Origin: an uncultured Nitrososphaerota archaeon
GTDB taxonomy: Archaea > Thermoproteota > Nitrososphaeria > Conexivisphaerales > DTJL01
NCBI GenBank assembly: GCA_963842885.1
Contig: CAWJIE010000005.1
Span: forward strand, 384,001-448,000
Length of the DNA stretch: 64,000 nucleotides
Direction: 5' to 3'
Positions 49,678 through 60,412 of this stretch are shown in pieces. The position numbers were made by a program, and so were the translations under genes. Under the pieces are notes generated by a model. It had not been told where the DNA came from. It searched no databases and saw only the letters and a program-made list of their open reading frames with translations. Numbering within the stretch: position 1 is the stretch's first letter; every line of letters starts with the position of its first letter.

Positions 49678-50483
49678 ATGATGTCCGCTGACGCTGCCGG
49701 AAACTCAGTCTACTGGGTCCAGGAGCCCCAGAAGGGCGCTCAGATCTTCGAGATGTATATCACGCTGAGGAACACACCTGGAACGCTGAACCACATAACC
49801 ACCATACTGGCAGAGCACGGGGTCAACGTGCTGAAGGGCCAAATCTTCACGGAAGGCGACAAAGGCTACTTCGCCGTCTTCGTCGCCTGCACCTCTAGTG
49901 CCTTGATCGACGAGATAACCTCGAAGATCAAGGCCCTGGAGGACGTCTTCGACGTGAAGCATGAGAACAGCTACGTAGACGTCTTCATGTACCCTCTCTC
50001 CTCAGGGAGCCAGAGGGCCCTCATCTTCTCCGCCAACGCCGTCTACTCGTCTTACGCCACCCTGGAGAAGGTCCTCGGACTGGGACCCGCCAGGGTGATC
50101 GTGTACAACTCCGGCTACCAGCTCGGCTACGAGCTGGCAAGCTTCCTGAGGAAGACGACAGGGGTCAACTCGTGGAAGGAATCGGTTGACCTGTTCGTCA
50201 AGGCCTTCAAGGCTTCCGGGTTGGGAGTGATCTCCACCAATCACTTCAGGGAGGAACCCTTCGAAGCGGAGGTCAAGGTCAAGAACTTCCTCATCCTCGA
50301 CAATCCCAGCCTACCTTACAGCCCGGTCTTGTGCGACTCTGGCCAAGGGCATCGTGTCGGGTGCCTTTGCCTTCATCACTTCTCGCCCGGTGATGGCTGA
50401 AGAGGTAGCATGCCAGCTCAAGGGGAACGAGAGCTGACATCTACTGGATAAGGGAAGCAAATCAACATCCTCATCCTATATAA
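49678..50483 (+). CDS. ACT + V4R domain protein, frameshifted near the C-terminus
   Basis: ACT (NTPG.L..I..ILAEHGVNV); V4R-like Y.SG..LG, SGLG, E..C..KG...C. Confidence 0.72.
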
Positions 50484-50601
50484 AAAAGTGAACAAAACAC
50501 ACAAAAGGATGATGAATTCGAGCAGGGCAGTCATGACCTTTACCAAAAAGGAAAAACTTATCTACAAGTGGGTCTGATACTGTTGACGGTGGAACGTTAA
50601 G

Positions 50602-50739
50602 TTGGAAAAGAATGAGAAGATGCTGGCCCTTGCTGTAGCAGGATCTGCCGTTGCCGCGGTCGCTGTCGCGGCTGCTCTGGGCGTACCGGTCCAGAAGATC
50701 CTCCAGGACGCCGTGGGCGGCGTTCTCAGCATCGGTTAG
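50602..50739 (+). CDS. 45-aa Ala/Val/Gly-rich hydrophobic peptide (absent from ORF track)
   Basis: MEKNEKMLALAVAGSAVAAVAVAAALGVPVQKILQDAVGGVLSIG*; GC-rich coding-like patch in AT-rich spacer, GGTGG upstream, hairpin downstream. Confidence 0.65.
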   Translation: MEKNEKMLALAVAGSAVAAVAVAAALGVPVQKILQDAVGGVLSIG

Positions 50740-50755
50740 AATAGGACATCTCACT

Positions 50756-50788
50756 CAAAGGCACCCCTCTTTGATAGAGGGTGCTTTG
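50756..50788 (+). terminator. Stem-loop downstream of the small peptide gene
   Basis: CAAAGGCACCCCTCT-TTGAT-AGAGGGTGCTTTG imperfect inverted repeat. Confidence 0.55.
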
Positions 50789-50946
50789 CAAGTTTTCGCC
50801 GTTTCGGTTCCTATCATTATGAATTGTCGTTTTGAGTCAACGTCTCCAAGGGGGTTCCCTATTCCTCGGTCTCCTTGGTTCTTCGTATGCAGAGCTGATG
50901 CTGGTGTGACAAGGTGAAAAAGAAAGGAATGGATGGAGGTGCCCCT

Positions 50947-52057
50947 TCAGTACTGGAGCTTCGGCTCCACCATTCTCTTGCGTGCTGCCAGTGTCAGCGC
51001 GGCGACTCCAAGGATGACTACGGCGCTTGCCGCCATGAAGTATAGTCCTGGGAGTGCGTTGGCCACGGCGGTCGAGGATGCGGGTACCTGCAGGGACGGG
51101 ATGTTTGATAGGACTGGGCTGCCTGAGCCGACTCCGATGATCGGGTCGTCAGTGATGCTGCTTCCGTGTGGGTAGTTCATCTGGACCTCTTGGATGGCTC
51201 CGCTGTCCTTGCTCGTCTGGTTGGAGACCACCGACACCGTGCTGCCGTCGACCGTGGCGGTGCTGGCCCAGGTGAAGTATGCGAAAGCGTTCTTGTAGTT
51301 GATGGCCGTCGTCTGGTTGTCAGCCCTTGTGACTTGGGCGGATGACGAAACGCCACCGAAGGCAGAGAACAGTGCCAGCCTGCTGGTGGTGCTGTTCCAT
51401 GGGAAGTTGTTGATGATGAAGTCGACCTTGACCTCCGTCGGGGAGATGGGCACTCCGTTGCTCAGGACTACGCCGGTGTTGTAGACCTGTGCGACGATTT
51501 CGATGGTGCCACCCTCGTACGGAGCCGTGAGGGTGATGTTGTAGCCGGTGGAGCTGCCAGACGTGATGGACTCCGTTGCCGAGCGTCCAGGTCAGCTCGT
51601 TGAAGTTGACGATCTGCAGTGCGGTGTCGGTCCCGTTCGTGAAGAGGCCGTCACCGTTGTTGTCGTTGTATTCGACCAGCCCCTGGATGGACAGGAGTCC
51701 CGCCACCCAGTCGGTAGTCCTTGTCGTGTCGACCTTGGTGGAGTTGAGAGATGCGGTGAGGATTGAGGGGTATCCGTCAACGCGGAATCCGTTTTGGTTG
51801 ACTGAAAGGTAGAAGACCTGAGTGCTGTTCCCCGAGTTCACCGAGGTGAAAGTGGAGAATCCCAGGCCTGAGAATGGCGATAGACTGTAGATCGATTCGA
51901 AGTTCTTGAGCTTCTGCTGCCTCTGCTGCATCATTTGCTTCAGCTGTTGTCCGACGCCGTTGCTTCTGGCCACCGCCGACGTAGCCGTGGCCGCGAATGC
52001 TGATACTGATAGGAGAGCGACGATAGCGATCGTCGCCAGTGCGAATTTGCTGTTCGT
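50947..52057 (-). CDS. Secreted, C-terminally anchored Ser/Thr/Asn-rich surface protein; frameshift near 51575
   Basis: Signal peptide, EYNDNNGDG Ca-loop-like motif, many NxS/T sequons, C-terminal TM followed by RKR. Confidence 0.75.
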
Positions 52058-52096
52058 GTGTCTTTTACCTCCTTGAGCAAGCAGTTGCATGGAGGG

Positions 52097-52149
52097 TATT
52101 TAATGGGGGTCGCTCTAGAACGCCCCTAGAACCCTTTCCCGGGGCGTTC
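52097..52149 (-). promoter_or_regulatory. TATA box plus inverted-repeat operator candidate
   Basis: ATTAAATA (minus strand, 52097-52104); GAACGCCCC-N14-GGGGCGTTC (52118-52149); CTAGAAC occurs twice. Confidence 0.5.
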
Positions 52150-52242
52150 GAGTCCTCTGGAACTTGCATGAGACGGGCTAACTTCTTTCCGCCTTCCGCC
52201 ATGCTTTAATCCATCCCGGGGCAAATGGAGGCGTCGACCGAC

Positions 52243-52740
52243 ATGCTCCTTTCAGACGTCGAGATAGAGAGGCGGGTGAAGGACGGAAGCCTGAAGGTGG
52301 CCCCTTTCGACCGGAAATGCGTCACCCCGAACGGACTCGACCTTCGCATCGGCGACGAGGCGGTCATCCTCCTTCCCGGGCCTGAGTATTCCTCCAAGAA
52401 GGTCGCCATCTCGGACCGCCTGGAGCTCCCCGCCGGCAGCGTCGTCCTCCTTCTCACCCTCGAGAAGCTGGAGCTCCCGATGGACCTCGTGGCCCACGTC
52501 AACCTCAGGAGCACCTACGCCCGCCAGGGGTTCCTGCTCCCCGGGACCGTGGTCGATGCCGGCTACAGGGGGAGGCTCACGCTGCAGGTCCATTCGCCGC
52601 CCTTCCCCACGGCGCTCACTAAAGGGGAGCGCTTCTGGCACCTCCTCTTCCATGAAGCCCACCCCGCCACATCCGGCTACCGCGGTCGTTACCAGGACAG
52701 CGAAGGGATAGTCGAAGGCCTGGGCGGTTCGAAGTCCTGA
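52243..52740 (+). CDS. dCTP deaminase/dUTPase family protein
   Basis: LSD.EI, DLRIG, TLE.LELP, RST.AR.G, VDAGY.G.LTL, YRGRYQ. Confidence 0.82.
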   Translation: MLLSDVEIERRVKDGSLKVAPFDRKCVTPNGLDLRIGDEAVILLPGPEYSSKKVAISDRLELPAGSVVLLLTLEKLELPMDLVAHVNLRSTYARQGFLLPGTVVDAGYRGRLTLQVHSPPFPTALTKGERFWHLLFHEAHPATSGYRGRYQDSEGIVEGLGGSKS

Positions 52741-52792
52741 CGGTGGCCGTCGATGGCAGCTGACCGCATGAAAAATGGCGGTGGCGGATCGG

Positions 52793-53074
52793 CTACTGAG
52801 CTTCCTTCAGCGTGAACACGAACCTGGCGCCTTGGAACTCTTCTTCGCCCACTCGCTTCCAGTCGATGGAATACTTCTTCGACTCCCTCGAGCCGATGAC
52901 TTCGACGGTCTTCGGGAGCTTCTCCCACAGCACCTCTACCTTGGTTGGGTCCCTCGTGGAAAGGAGCGAGCGCCTCCTCTTCATCAGGTACTTTATGGCG
53001 ACTTTCTGGTAATCATATCCTTCAACGTCGATCCTCTCGGAGCCCGTGTCTATCGTGAACGTTCTCTTTACCAT
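52793..53074 (-). CDS. Small basic hypothetical protein
   Basis: 93-aa ORF with own TATA (CTTTTAA near 53120); VAIKYLMKRRRSL. Confidence 0.7.
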   Translation of the reverse strand: MVKRTFTIDTGSERIDVEGYDYQKVAIKYLMKRRRSLLSTRDPTKVEVLWEKLPKTVEVIGSRESKKYSIDWKRVGEEEFQGARFVFTLKEAQ

Positions 53075-53226
53075 GTGATGAGCTCTCCTGTTGACAATCC
53101 GTATCCCTGCGTGGCGTTAAAAGACTTTTGCACTGTCAAGGGTTCAGGCCTCTGCGTCCGCCTCTGCTGGGCGTCGGATGCCGAATGGGGTTCCTGGTTC
53201 CAGGGAGACACGAGCATCGGCCTCTT

Positions 53227-53875
53227 TTACGTCGCCTTGCAGGCGGCAGACCGCCCTCGTCCGTTCGAGCGTCTCGGCGAGAGCTTCCCGGAGTGCGTGG
53301 CCAGGCCGCAGAAGGCCAGGTACTCAGGCTTCGTTATCATGGCGTCCTGCGTGAGCTCCCTGAAGGCCTCGTCGGGCGTCTCCTGGGCTCCCTTCTCAAG
53401 GATGAGGCGGATGGATTCGTAGAGCTCCCAGGGGTAGATTATCCAGGAGTCGGTCTCGACGACGAAGAAGTCCGGCCTGAGCTTCGACCAGGGCTTAAAG
53501 TGGACAGTGGCGGTCCTCACGTCGGCGGCGCCGTCCCGTCTGAGGAGGTCGATCAGCGCCAGGAGCGAGTCCCCCTGGTCGGAGACGTCGTCGACCACCA
53601 GGACCCGCTTTCCCTCGACGTCGCCCCTGCTGAGGCGCCGGATCCTGATCGTGTTCGTACGAAGCGATGCCGGTGTACCTTTCGACCGCCGGCACCACGT
53701 AGGGGATCTTGATCTCCCCCGCGGCGTAGAAGTCCTGGAGGCATCTCAGCACGAACAGCCCTCCCCTGCCGACGCCGACGTTGACGTCGGGGGACCAGCC
53801 GCTGGACCGGATGGAGTTGAAAAGCTGCAACGCGTCGGCCCTGATTTCGTCATAGGACGGCTTGATGAACTTCAA
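53227..53875 (-). CDS. Type I (purine) phosphoribosyltransferase, frameshifted near 53660
   Basis: GVGRGG, VLVVDDVSDQG.S PRPP loop, KP.S..PDF, WI.YPWE. Confidence 0.8.
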
Positions 53876-53931
53876 ACGGGCTTCCTTAGAAGGAGTGGTG
53901 CAGTACTAAAGGCTAGCCCCAAAGTGAAGGT

Positions 53932-54491
53932 GTGGCAGGGGGTAAGGTGGACATACTGGTCGAGCTCGTCAGGCCGGAGCTGCGACTTGTGGTCCTTGGC
54001 TCGGGGCCCGTTGCGATGAGCATAGTAGAGCTGGCGCATTTCCTTGAAATGGGCAGCGTCCTGGTGGACTCCATACCGCCGTCGGTGAGCCTGCCGAGCT
54101 CGAGCAACTACGTGAAGGCCTGCCATGAGGAGGGCCTCTGAAGGTCCAAGTCGATGGTATGACTGGCATCGTGATAGTCACCAGGCACAAGAACGACGTT
54201 CCGGCGCTGACGGCCGCACTCAAGACGAGAGCGGGATACATCGGCATGATCGGGAGCCGGCACAGGGTCCAGACGATATTCTCGAGGGTCGCGAAGGAGA
54301 CGGGGATTGGGACCGCCGCCTTGGCATCGAGGGTCCACGCTCCCATAGGGCTGGACATCGGTGCTTCGACTCCGCAGGAGATAGCGGTGAGCGTGCTGGC
54401 CGAAGTACTGGCGCACTTCAGGAACGGAACGAACCAGCCCATGGCGCTCTTTGCGTCGGGGCGCCACGTCGGTTTGCTTAGGGTCCGATAG
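53932..54491 (+). CDS. XdhC C-terminal (Rossmann) domain protein, frameshift near 54125
   Basis: LVVLGSG.VA, TRH..D, YIGMIGS, VHAPIGLDIGA.TPQEIAVS. Confidence 0.78.
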
Positions 54492-54735
54492 AAGAGAACC
54501 GATACAGGGGTTCGCTGGTATTTTCTAGCTTCGTCGACTCGGCTGCCCCATCTTTGCCGCTCGGCCGTTCTAAAGGCCACCACAGGAACAGGGTGAAACC
54601 AGTGCACGCCACCACTTCGCGGACGCCGTTCTTCGAGCTGTACGAGCGCATCGGTTCGATGGGTCCGAAGAAGATCAGCCACCTGAGCAGGCGGACACCA
54701 ACTTAAAAGGCGCCGTCCGTTCTGGTCTGGCTGTC

Positions 54736-56030
54736 TTGCCGGCCACCGTCATCGTGGGCCTTCAGTGGGGCGACGAAGGGAAGGGGAAAGTCATCGACTA
54801 TCTCTCCGAAGGGTACGAAGCTGTGGCGCGATTCAACGGCGGCTCCAACGCCGGCCATACGGTCGTCGTCGGGAGGGACGAAGCTGGCGTTCCATCTCCT
54901 GCCTTCAGGCGTCCTTCGCAAGAAGAAGCTCCTCATAGGGAACGGCGCAGTCGTGGACCCCGAAGTCCTCCTGAAGGAGCTAGATGAGGTGGCCTCTCTC
55001 AACGTCACTCCCGACCTCCTCATCAGCGACAGGGCGCACCTGACCCTCGGCCCTCACAAGTACCGGGACAGACTGGAGGAGGGAAGGAGAGGGAACCTCC
55101 GCCTTGGGCACGACCATGCGCGGCATCTCTCCAACCTTCTCGGACAGGGCGTCAAGGGCCGGGGTCCGAGCGGGGGACCTCGTCGACGACGATTCGCTGA
55201 AGATGGCCTACGAAACCTTCGCAGGATGGAACCGCGCGCTTCTCAGTGGCATCTACGGGGAGGACGGCGATGCCATCGTCAAGGACTCCTTTGACCGCCT
55301 GAGGGAGGCGGCTCCCCGTCTGAGGCCCTACATCGGGGACGTCTCCAGGATGGCGAACGAGATTCTTGACAGGGGTGGGAGGATGCTCCTTGAGGGCGCT
55401 CAGGGCTTCTACCTGGACGTCGACTACGGGACATATCCCTACGTCACCGCCACCCACACGACGGCCTCTTACGCTCCCGCGGGCGTGGGGATTCCCAGCC
55501 AGAGCGTCGAGAAGGTGATAGGTGTGATCAAGGCGTACTGCACGAGGGTGGGCTCGGGACCCTTCGTGTCCGAGATCAGCGGTCCCCTCTGCGAGGCCAT
55601 CCGGAAGAAGGGCAACGAGTACGGCGCCACCACGGGGAGGCCAAGGCGGGTCGGGTGGCTCGACGCGGCTGCGGCGAGGTACGCCGCGAAGGCCAGCGGC
55701 GTCACGGAGCTGGTCATCACAAAGGTGGACGTGCTAGGCGGCCTCGATAAGGTTCTCGTCTGTGACGGATACAGGGACGGCGACAGGGTCGTGACCTCTC
55801 CGCCTTCGACGATAATCCAGCTGCGACGATGCAGGCCGCACTACGTCGAATTCGACGGCTGGCCGGACCTGGGAGCCGAAGGATGGAGGGAGGCTGCGAA
55901 GGGGGGCCTCGGCTCCCTGCCCGACAATCTCAGGTCCTACCTGAAGGCGGTGGAGGGCCTCGGTGGGGGTCCCCATAAGGTATGCTCTCGTATGGATATG
56001 ATCGTGACGACACGCTGGAGCTGACCTGAG
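54736..56030 (+). CDS. purA: Adenylosuccinate synthetase, several frameshifts
   Basis: [55 protein letters not shown]. Confidence 0.93.
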
Positions 56031-57462
56031 ATGGCTCCTGACAGCTCGCTCTCCGAGGTCTCGCCCATCGACGGCCGCTACAGGAAGGACGTGGGTGAGC
56101 TCTACAGGTACTGCTCCGAGTTCGCCCTGTTTCGATACCGCGTGCTAGTCGAAGTCCGCTTCCTTGAATCCTTCGCGAGCTCAGCTGGGCGGCCGGGTCG
56201 AAATCGAGCGAGGGGACATCAGGTTCGTCCGAAAGATCGCGAGCTCCTTCGACGAGGAGGGAGCGCGCGAAGTCAAGGCATACGAGGAGAGGGTGGGTCA
56301 CGACGTCGTGGCCGTGGTCGAGTACCTGAAGTACAGGTGCAGGAGGGGCGGCCACGGCAAGCTCGCCCGCTACGTCCACTTCGGCCTCACCAGCGACGAC
56401 GTGAACAACCTCGCATACTCGTTGATGCTGAAGGACGCCACTCTCAAGCTCTACGTGCCCGCTCTCTTGGAGCTGTGCCAGGTCTTGTCGAGCTAGGGCT
56501 AGGGAGTTGAGGACGGCACCCATGCTCGGTCACACTCACGGCCAGCCCGCCTCCCCCACGACGCTGGGCAAGGAGCTCGCCAACTACCTTGTCAGGCTGG
56601 CCCGCTTGGCTCGTCGCCTTTCTACCGGCTGTCTACCCGGGGAAGGCCACGGGTGCGGTGGGGAACTTCAGCGCCCTGGCGCTCAGCTATCCGGATGTCG
56701 ATTGGATCAAGTTCAGCTCGTCATTCGTGAGCTCGCTGGGCCTGCGCCCCGAGATCTTCACGACACAGGTCCTGCCACACGACGACCTCACTTCGCTGCT
56801 TCAGACCATCGCCCTGGTGGATCGCGTCATCCAGAACATGGACGTGGACATATGGCTCTACTGCTCCTTGGGCTACCTGAAGGTCAAGGGAAAGCCCAAC
56901 CAGGTGGGCTCTTCGACCATGCCGCACAAGGTCAACCCCATCGACTTCGAGAACAGCGAAGGGAATGCCAAGATCGGGGCCTCCCTGCTGGACCTCCTCT
57001 CCTCCGAGCTCGAGATGTCGAGGATGCAGAGGGACCTCTCCGATTCGACCCTCAAGCGCAACTACGGCGTGGCCCTCGCCCATTCGCTTCTGGCCGTCAA
57101 GAAGGCGACGGCGGGCCTCAGGAAGATCGACGCGGACGAGGAGGAGATGAGACACGACCTGGACAGGCACGCGGAGGTGCTGGGAGAGGCTCTTCAGCAC
57201 TCTCTCAGGAAGATCGGGAGGGAAGGTGCCTTCGAAGACGTGATGGGCATCCTGAAGGGAAGGAGGCTCAACATCAAGGAGTTCAGGGAGGTCCTGAGGA
57301 AGTCTCCTCTGGGCGAGGAAGCCGACCCCCTCCTACTCCGGTCTGGCTCCCAGCGAATACATAGGGCTGGCCCCCAAGCTCGTCGACATGGCGGTCAAGG
57401 AGGCGTCGGAGGACATGGCCGCTGCCGAAGATGCTTGTAAGGAGCACGTCTCCTGCTGGTGA
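56031..57462 (+). CDS. purB: Adenylosuccinate lyase, several frameshifts
   Basis: SPIDGRY, HDV.AVE, HFGLTS.D, THGQPASPTT.GKE, GSSTMPHKVNPIDFENSEGN, QRDLSDS. Confidence 0.92.
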
Positions 57463-57486
57463 GGGAGCTGTCCCCGGCCGAGCGGC

Positions 57487-58264
57487 CTAGGGCGCTCCGC
57501 CTTCCATCGTCTCCTGGATCTCCTTGATGACCTTCGCGTCCTGGTAGAGGTCGGGCGTCTGGACGTAAACGACGTCGATGAAGTCGGATTTCAGGAGCTC
57601 CTCGATCCTGTCAGAGACCGCGGCGGCCCTTATGGTCATCCTCTCCATATACGATTCCAAGCTGCCTTCCATCTGGCTGCGCAGCAGCCTCAGGGCACCC
57701 ACGAGATCGTCGGAGCTGTATATGTAGGGGAGCTGATGCTTCACAGTCACGGCGGCCTTGGAGGGGAGGAAGAGCATGGAGTCCACGGCGTAGGTGAGCT
57801 TGCCGGCGGACGGATCCACCCGCTGCCATACCTCGTCGAAGTCGGTCCTGTGGGGTCTCTCCATGAAGTGTGTGTCCCGCAGCAGGAGCCCTTTGGCGAA
57901 CACGAAGTGCCAGAACATGTTTCTGGCGAAGAGCTTGTTCACCTTCTCGTAGCTCGTGACGTAGAGGCCCACGGAGCTGCCAGACACCTCTACGAAGCTG
58001 TCGAGCTGGTGGAGGAAGGCGCCAAGATCGGCGAACTCCTCGATCGTGAGGCTGAGCGGCTCCCGTTCTGACTCCTTCAGCGCGAAGGAGCTCATCGACG
58101 CCGCTTGTGGCGCCCTGGATTTCGCTGTGCCCGTCGCCCACGCAAAAGAAGGCGCCCTCACCTTTCAGCACCTCTCCGCAGACCGGGTCGTGCGCAGGCT
58201 TCACCGGCCCGTCCAGTTCGAACTCCTCGTTGGAGTTGTAGACAAAGGCACGCATCTCTCCCAT
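57487..58264 (-). CDS. Hypothetical protein, probable frameshift near 58085
   Basis: ATG at 58264 lies about 30 nt from a TTTAAA box; coding-like frame switches near 58085. Confidence 0.5.
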
Positions 58265-58351
58265 GCAGGCATCGAGGCCCTATTATCATTTAAAGTGGAA
58301 CAGACCTACCAATTCTTATAGAGAGGAATCCCTTCCCAATAACGTCGCATC

Positions 58352-59011
58352 TTGTCTGACCTCATCCCGCCCCTCTACAAGGGCCACCTCCAGGAGGTCC
58401 TGGCGACGCGGATGGAGCTGCCGGTCGAGCTGAAGGTGGCCACCTGCGAGGGCTGCGAAAGCTGCGACAGGGCCGTGGCGCTTGTCGAGGAGCTCCCAGG
58501 CTGAGCGACAAGATCAGCTGTCAGGATGACAGAAGGTGACCCGGAGCCGGGACACCGACGAGGGGACTCAAAGCCACAAGAGGCCTTCGATCGAGGTCAA
58601 GGGGAGGGGAGGCACTTCGCTCGTGTTCTTCGGTGCTCCGATCGGCTCCGAGCTCGACGTCCTGGTGGATGCCATCTTCGCCGCCTCTAGGCAGAAGAGC
58701 CGTCTGCCGTCCTCGCTGGTGAGGCGACTCCAGAGGATTACAAGGAGGTGAGGGTCGAGATCTTCGTGTCGCCAGCCTGCCGCCGGTGCCCGCCCGTGGC
58801 CCGCTTCCTTATGGAGGCGGGGATGGAGAGCGAGAGGCTCCGAGTTGAAGTGATTGAGGCGTTCGAGTTCCCTGACTTGGCGCGCAAGTACGGAGTCCGT
58901 TCCGTTCCGGCCGTCGTGCTGGGTTCGGGCGCAGTCAAGGTGTACGATGCTACTGTCCCGAAGGTCGCCGCCCTTCTTTTGGAACTGTCGTCCCGGCAGA
59001 GTCAGAAATAG
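58352..59011 (+). CDS. Protein-disulfide oxidoreductase (PDO / AhpF-N type, two thioredoxin folds), frameshifted
   Basis: CESC and CRRC motifs, F.G.P.G.E, EA.EFPDLA.KYGV.SVP. Confidence 0.78.
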
Positions 59012-59075
59012 CGCAGCCGAAAAGGGCATCTTCGACTCGCGCCTATTAGCTCGGTTTCATCTCGGATCGATCGAA

Positions 59076-59500
59076 TTGTCCGTCAAGAGGAACAAGCTCG
59101 TGATGGTCGCCAGCCGGGGCACAGCCGATGGGCTTTGCCCGGCGCTGATCCTGGCTACTATTGTCTGCTATGAAGGGGATGGAGACGTACATCTGCTTCC
59201 CCTTCGGCGGTACGAAGCTCCTTACGAAGGCGTCGGCAAATTCCTTCACCTCTTTCTTAGAACTTGAGCTGACCAAGGAGCACTTCAAACAGCTCCTGTC
59301 TACGGCCGGGATGCCGTCCCTGAGCGATATGTTGAAGCAGGCGAAGGAGAGCGGAGTGAAGACCCACGCGTGCTCGCCCACCGTGGGCCTGTTCGGAACC
59401 AAGAAGGAGGACCTGGTCGGCGTCGTTGACGACGTAATCGGAGCCTCAGGGTTCCTTCGAACTGGCGTCGGATCCCGACGCGCTTACTCTGTTCATTTGA
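59076..59500 (+). CDS. DsrE/DsrF-like (DsrE2) sulfur-relay protein, frameshifted
   Basis: ALILA, F.FGG, PSL.DM..QAKE.GV...ACS.T..LFG..KEDL, GA..FL...TLFI*. Confidence 0.78.
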
Positions 59501-60369
59501 CGGCCATTACGCGACGCCTGAACTCCGAATACTTGTCGCCCAGCGTCTTTATCCGCTCCATGTCCAACTCGCCGTCCTCAGCAGATGATATGTTGAACGT
59601 AACCGTATGGAGTGATGTCGAACCTGGGCTGATAGCCGACGCTGCCAGTGTCCACCTCTATCGTGACTTCTTCGTTGGAGGGGTGGACCTTGACGCTTTC
59701 GGCCAGGAAGAACACCTGCCTGCCTTCGACGTAGGCGATCTTCGCGACGGTGTTGCTCCCCAGCTTGTTGACCACAGAGCCATCCGAGAGGACCGCGTCG
59801 GCGCCGAGGAGCACGATGTCCACTTTCGGCATGATGCTGCCGACCGTCATATCCGGGACGAGGATGTTACGAATCCCCTCATCTGAAAGCTTCTTGGAAA
59901 GGGCCTCTCCCTCGTGGCCCGGGTCCGAGACCGTCACGAAGACCTGCGCTAGCCTCTCCTTGGCTCTGAGCAGCGCCCCGAGGACGGTCTGGCTTTCGCT
60001 GACCGTGAGCACGACGATGGGCTTGTTGACGTACTGCATGAAGGCGTTGGCTATGGAGACCTTCGAGAGGACCATCTTTCTCTGGAGCCTCTCCGCCTCG
60101 CTGGCGGCCAGCTTCCCCACCTCGCCCTCAGTCCCCTTGTCGATGACCCTGCAGCAGAGCTCTGAGGAGGCGTTTCCTACGCAGATCATGGTGGGCCTGG
60201 CCTTCAGGAGCTGACGGGATACCCCTTTGAGCATCTTCAGGTCGGCCCCCGCAAAACCGTCGAGAGGCTTGAAGGCATCCAACCCCTTGATTGCCAGCCC
60301 GATGGCCCCCGTCGTCCTGTCGGCCTTTACCTCCTTGATGGCCTTAAGAGTCTCCTTGGGGTACTTCAA
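59493..60369 (-). CDS. eIF2B alpha/beta/delta family (ribose-1,5-bisphosphate isomerase-like); probable indel near 59580
   Basis: GA, RPTM, S.S.TV, S.P..EG, GADA...G.VVNK.GS, FD.TP. Confidence 0.8.
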
Positions 60370-60412
60370 CCGCAGCCAAATATGGGGTTCATTCGTATTT
60401 ATCGCTTTGGCT

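Noticed and set aside
50430-50445. TGA at the expected V4R Cys position (possible selenocysteine)
   Set aside because: Removing one A gives TGC-ATC-TAC-TGG, and the frame after the TGA is not convincing; an indel error is more likely
54593-54706. 37-aa ORF upstream of purA
   Set aside because: Overlaps the purA TATA box and has no motif
56490-56505. TAG codons inside purB suggesting amber readthrough
   Set aside because: Homology resumes in a different frame, consistent with a 1-nt insertion
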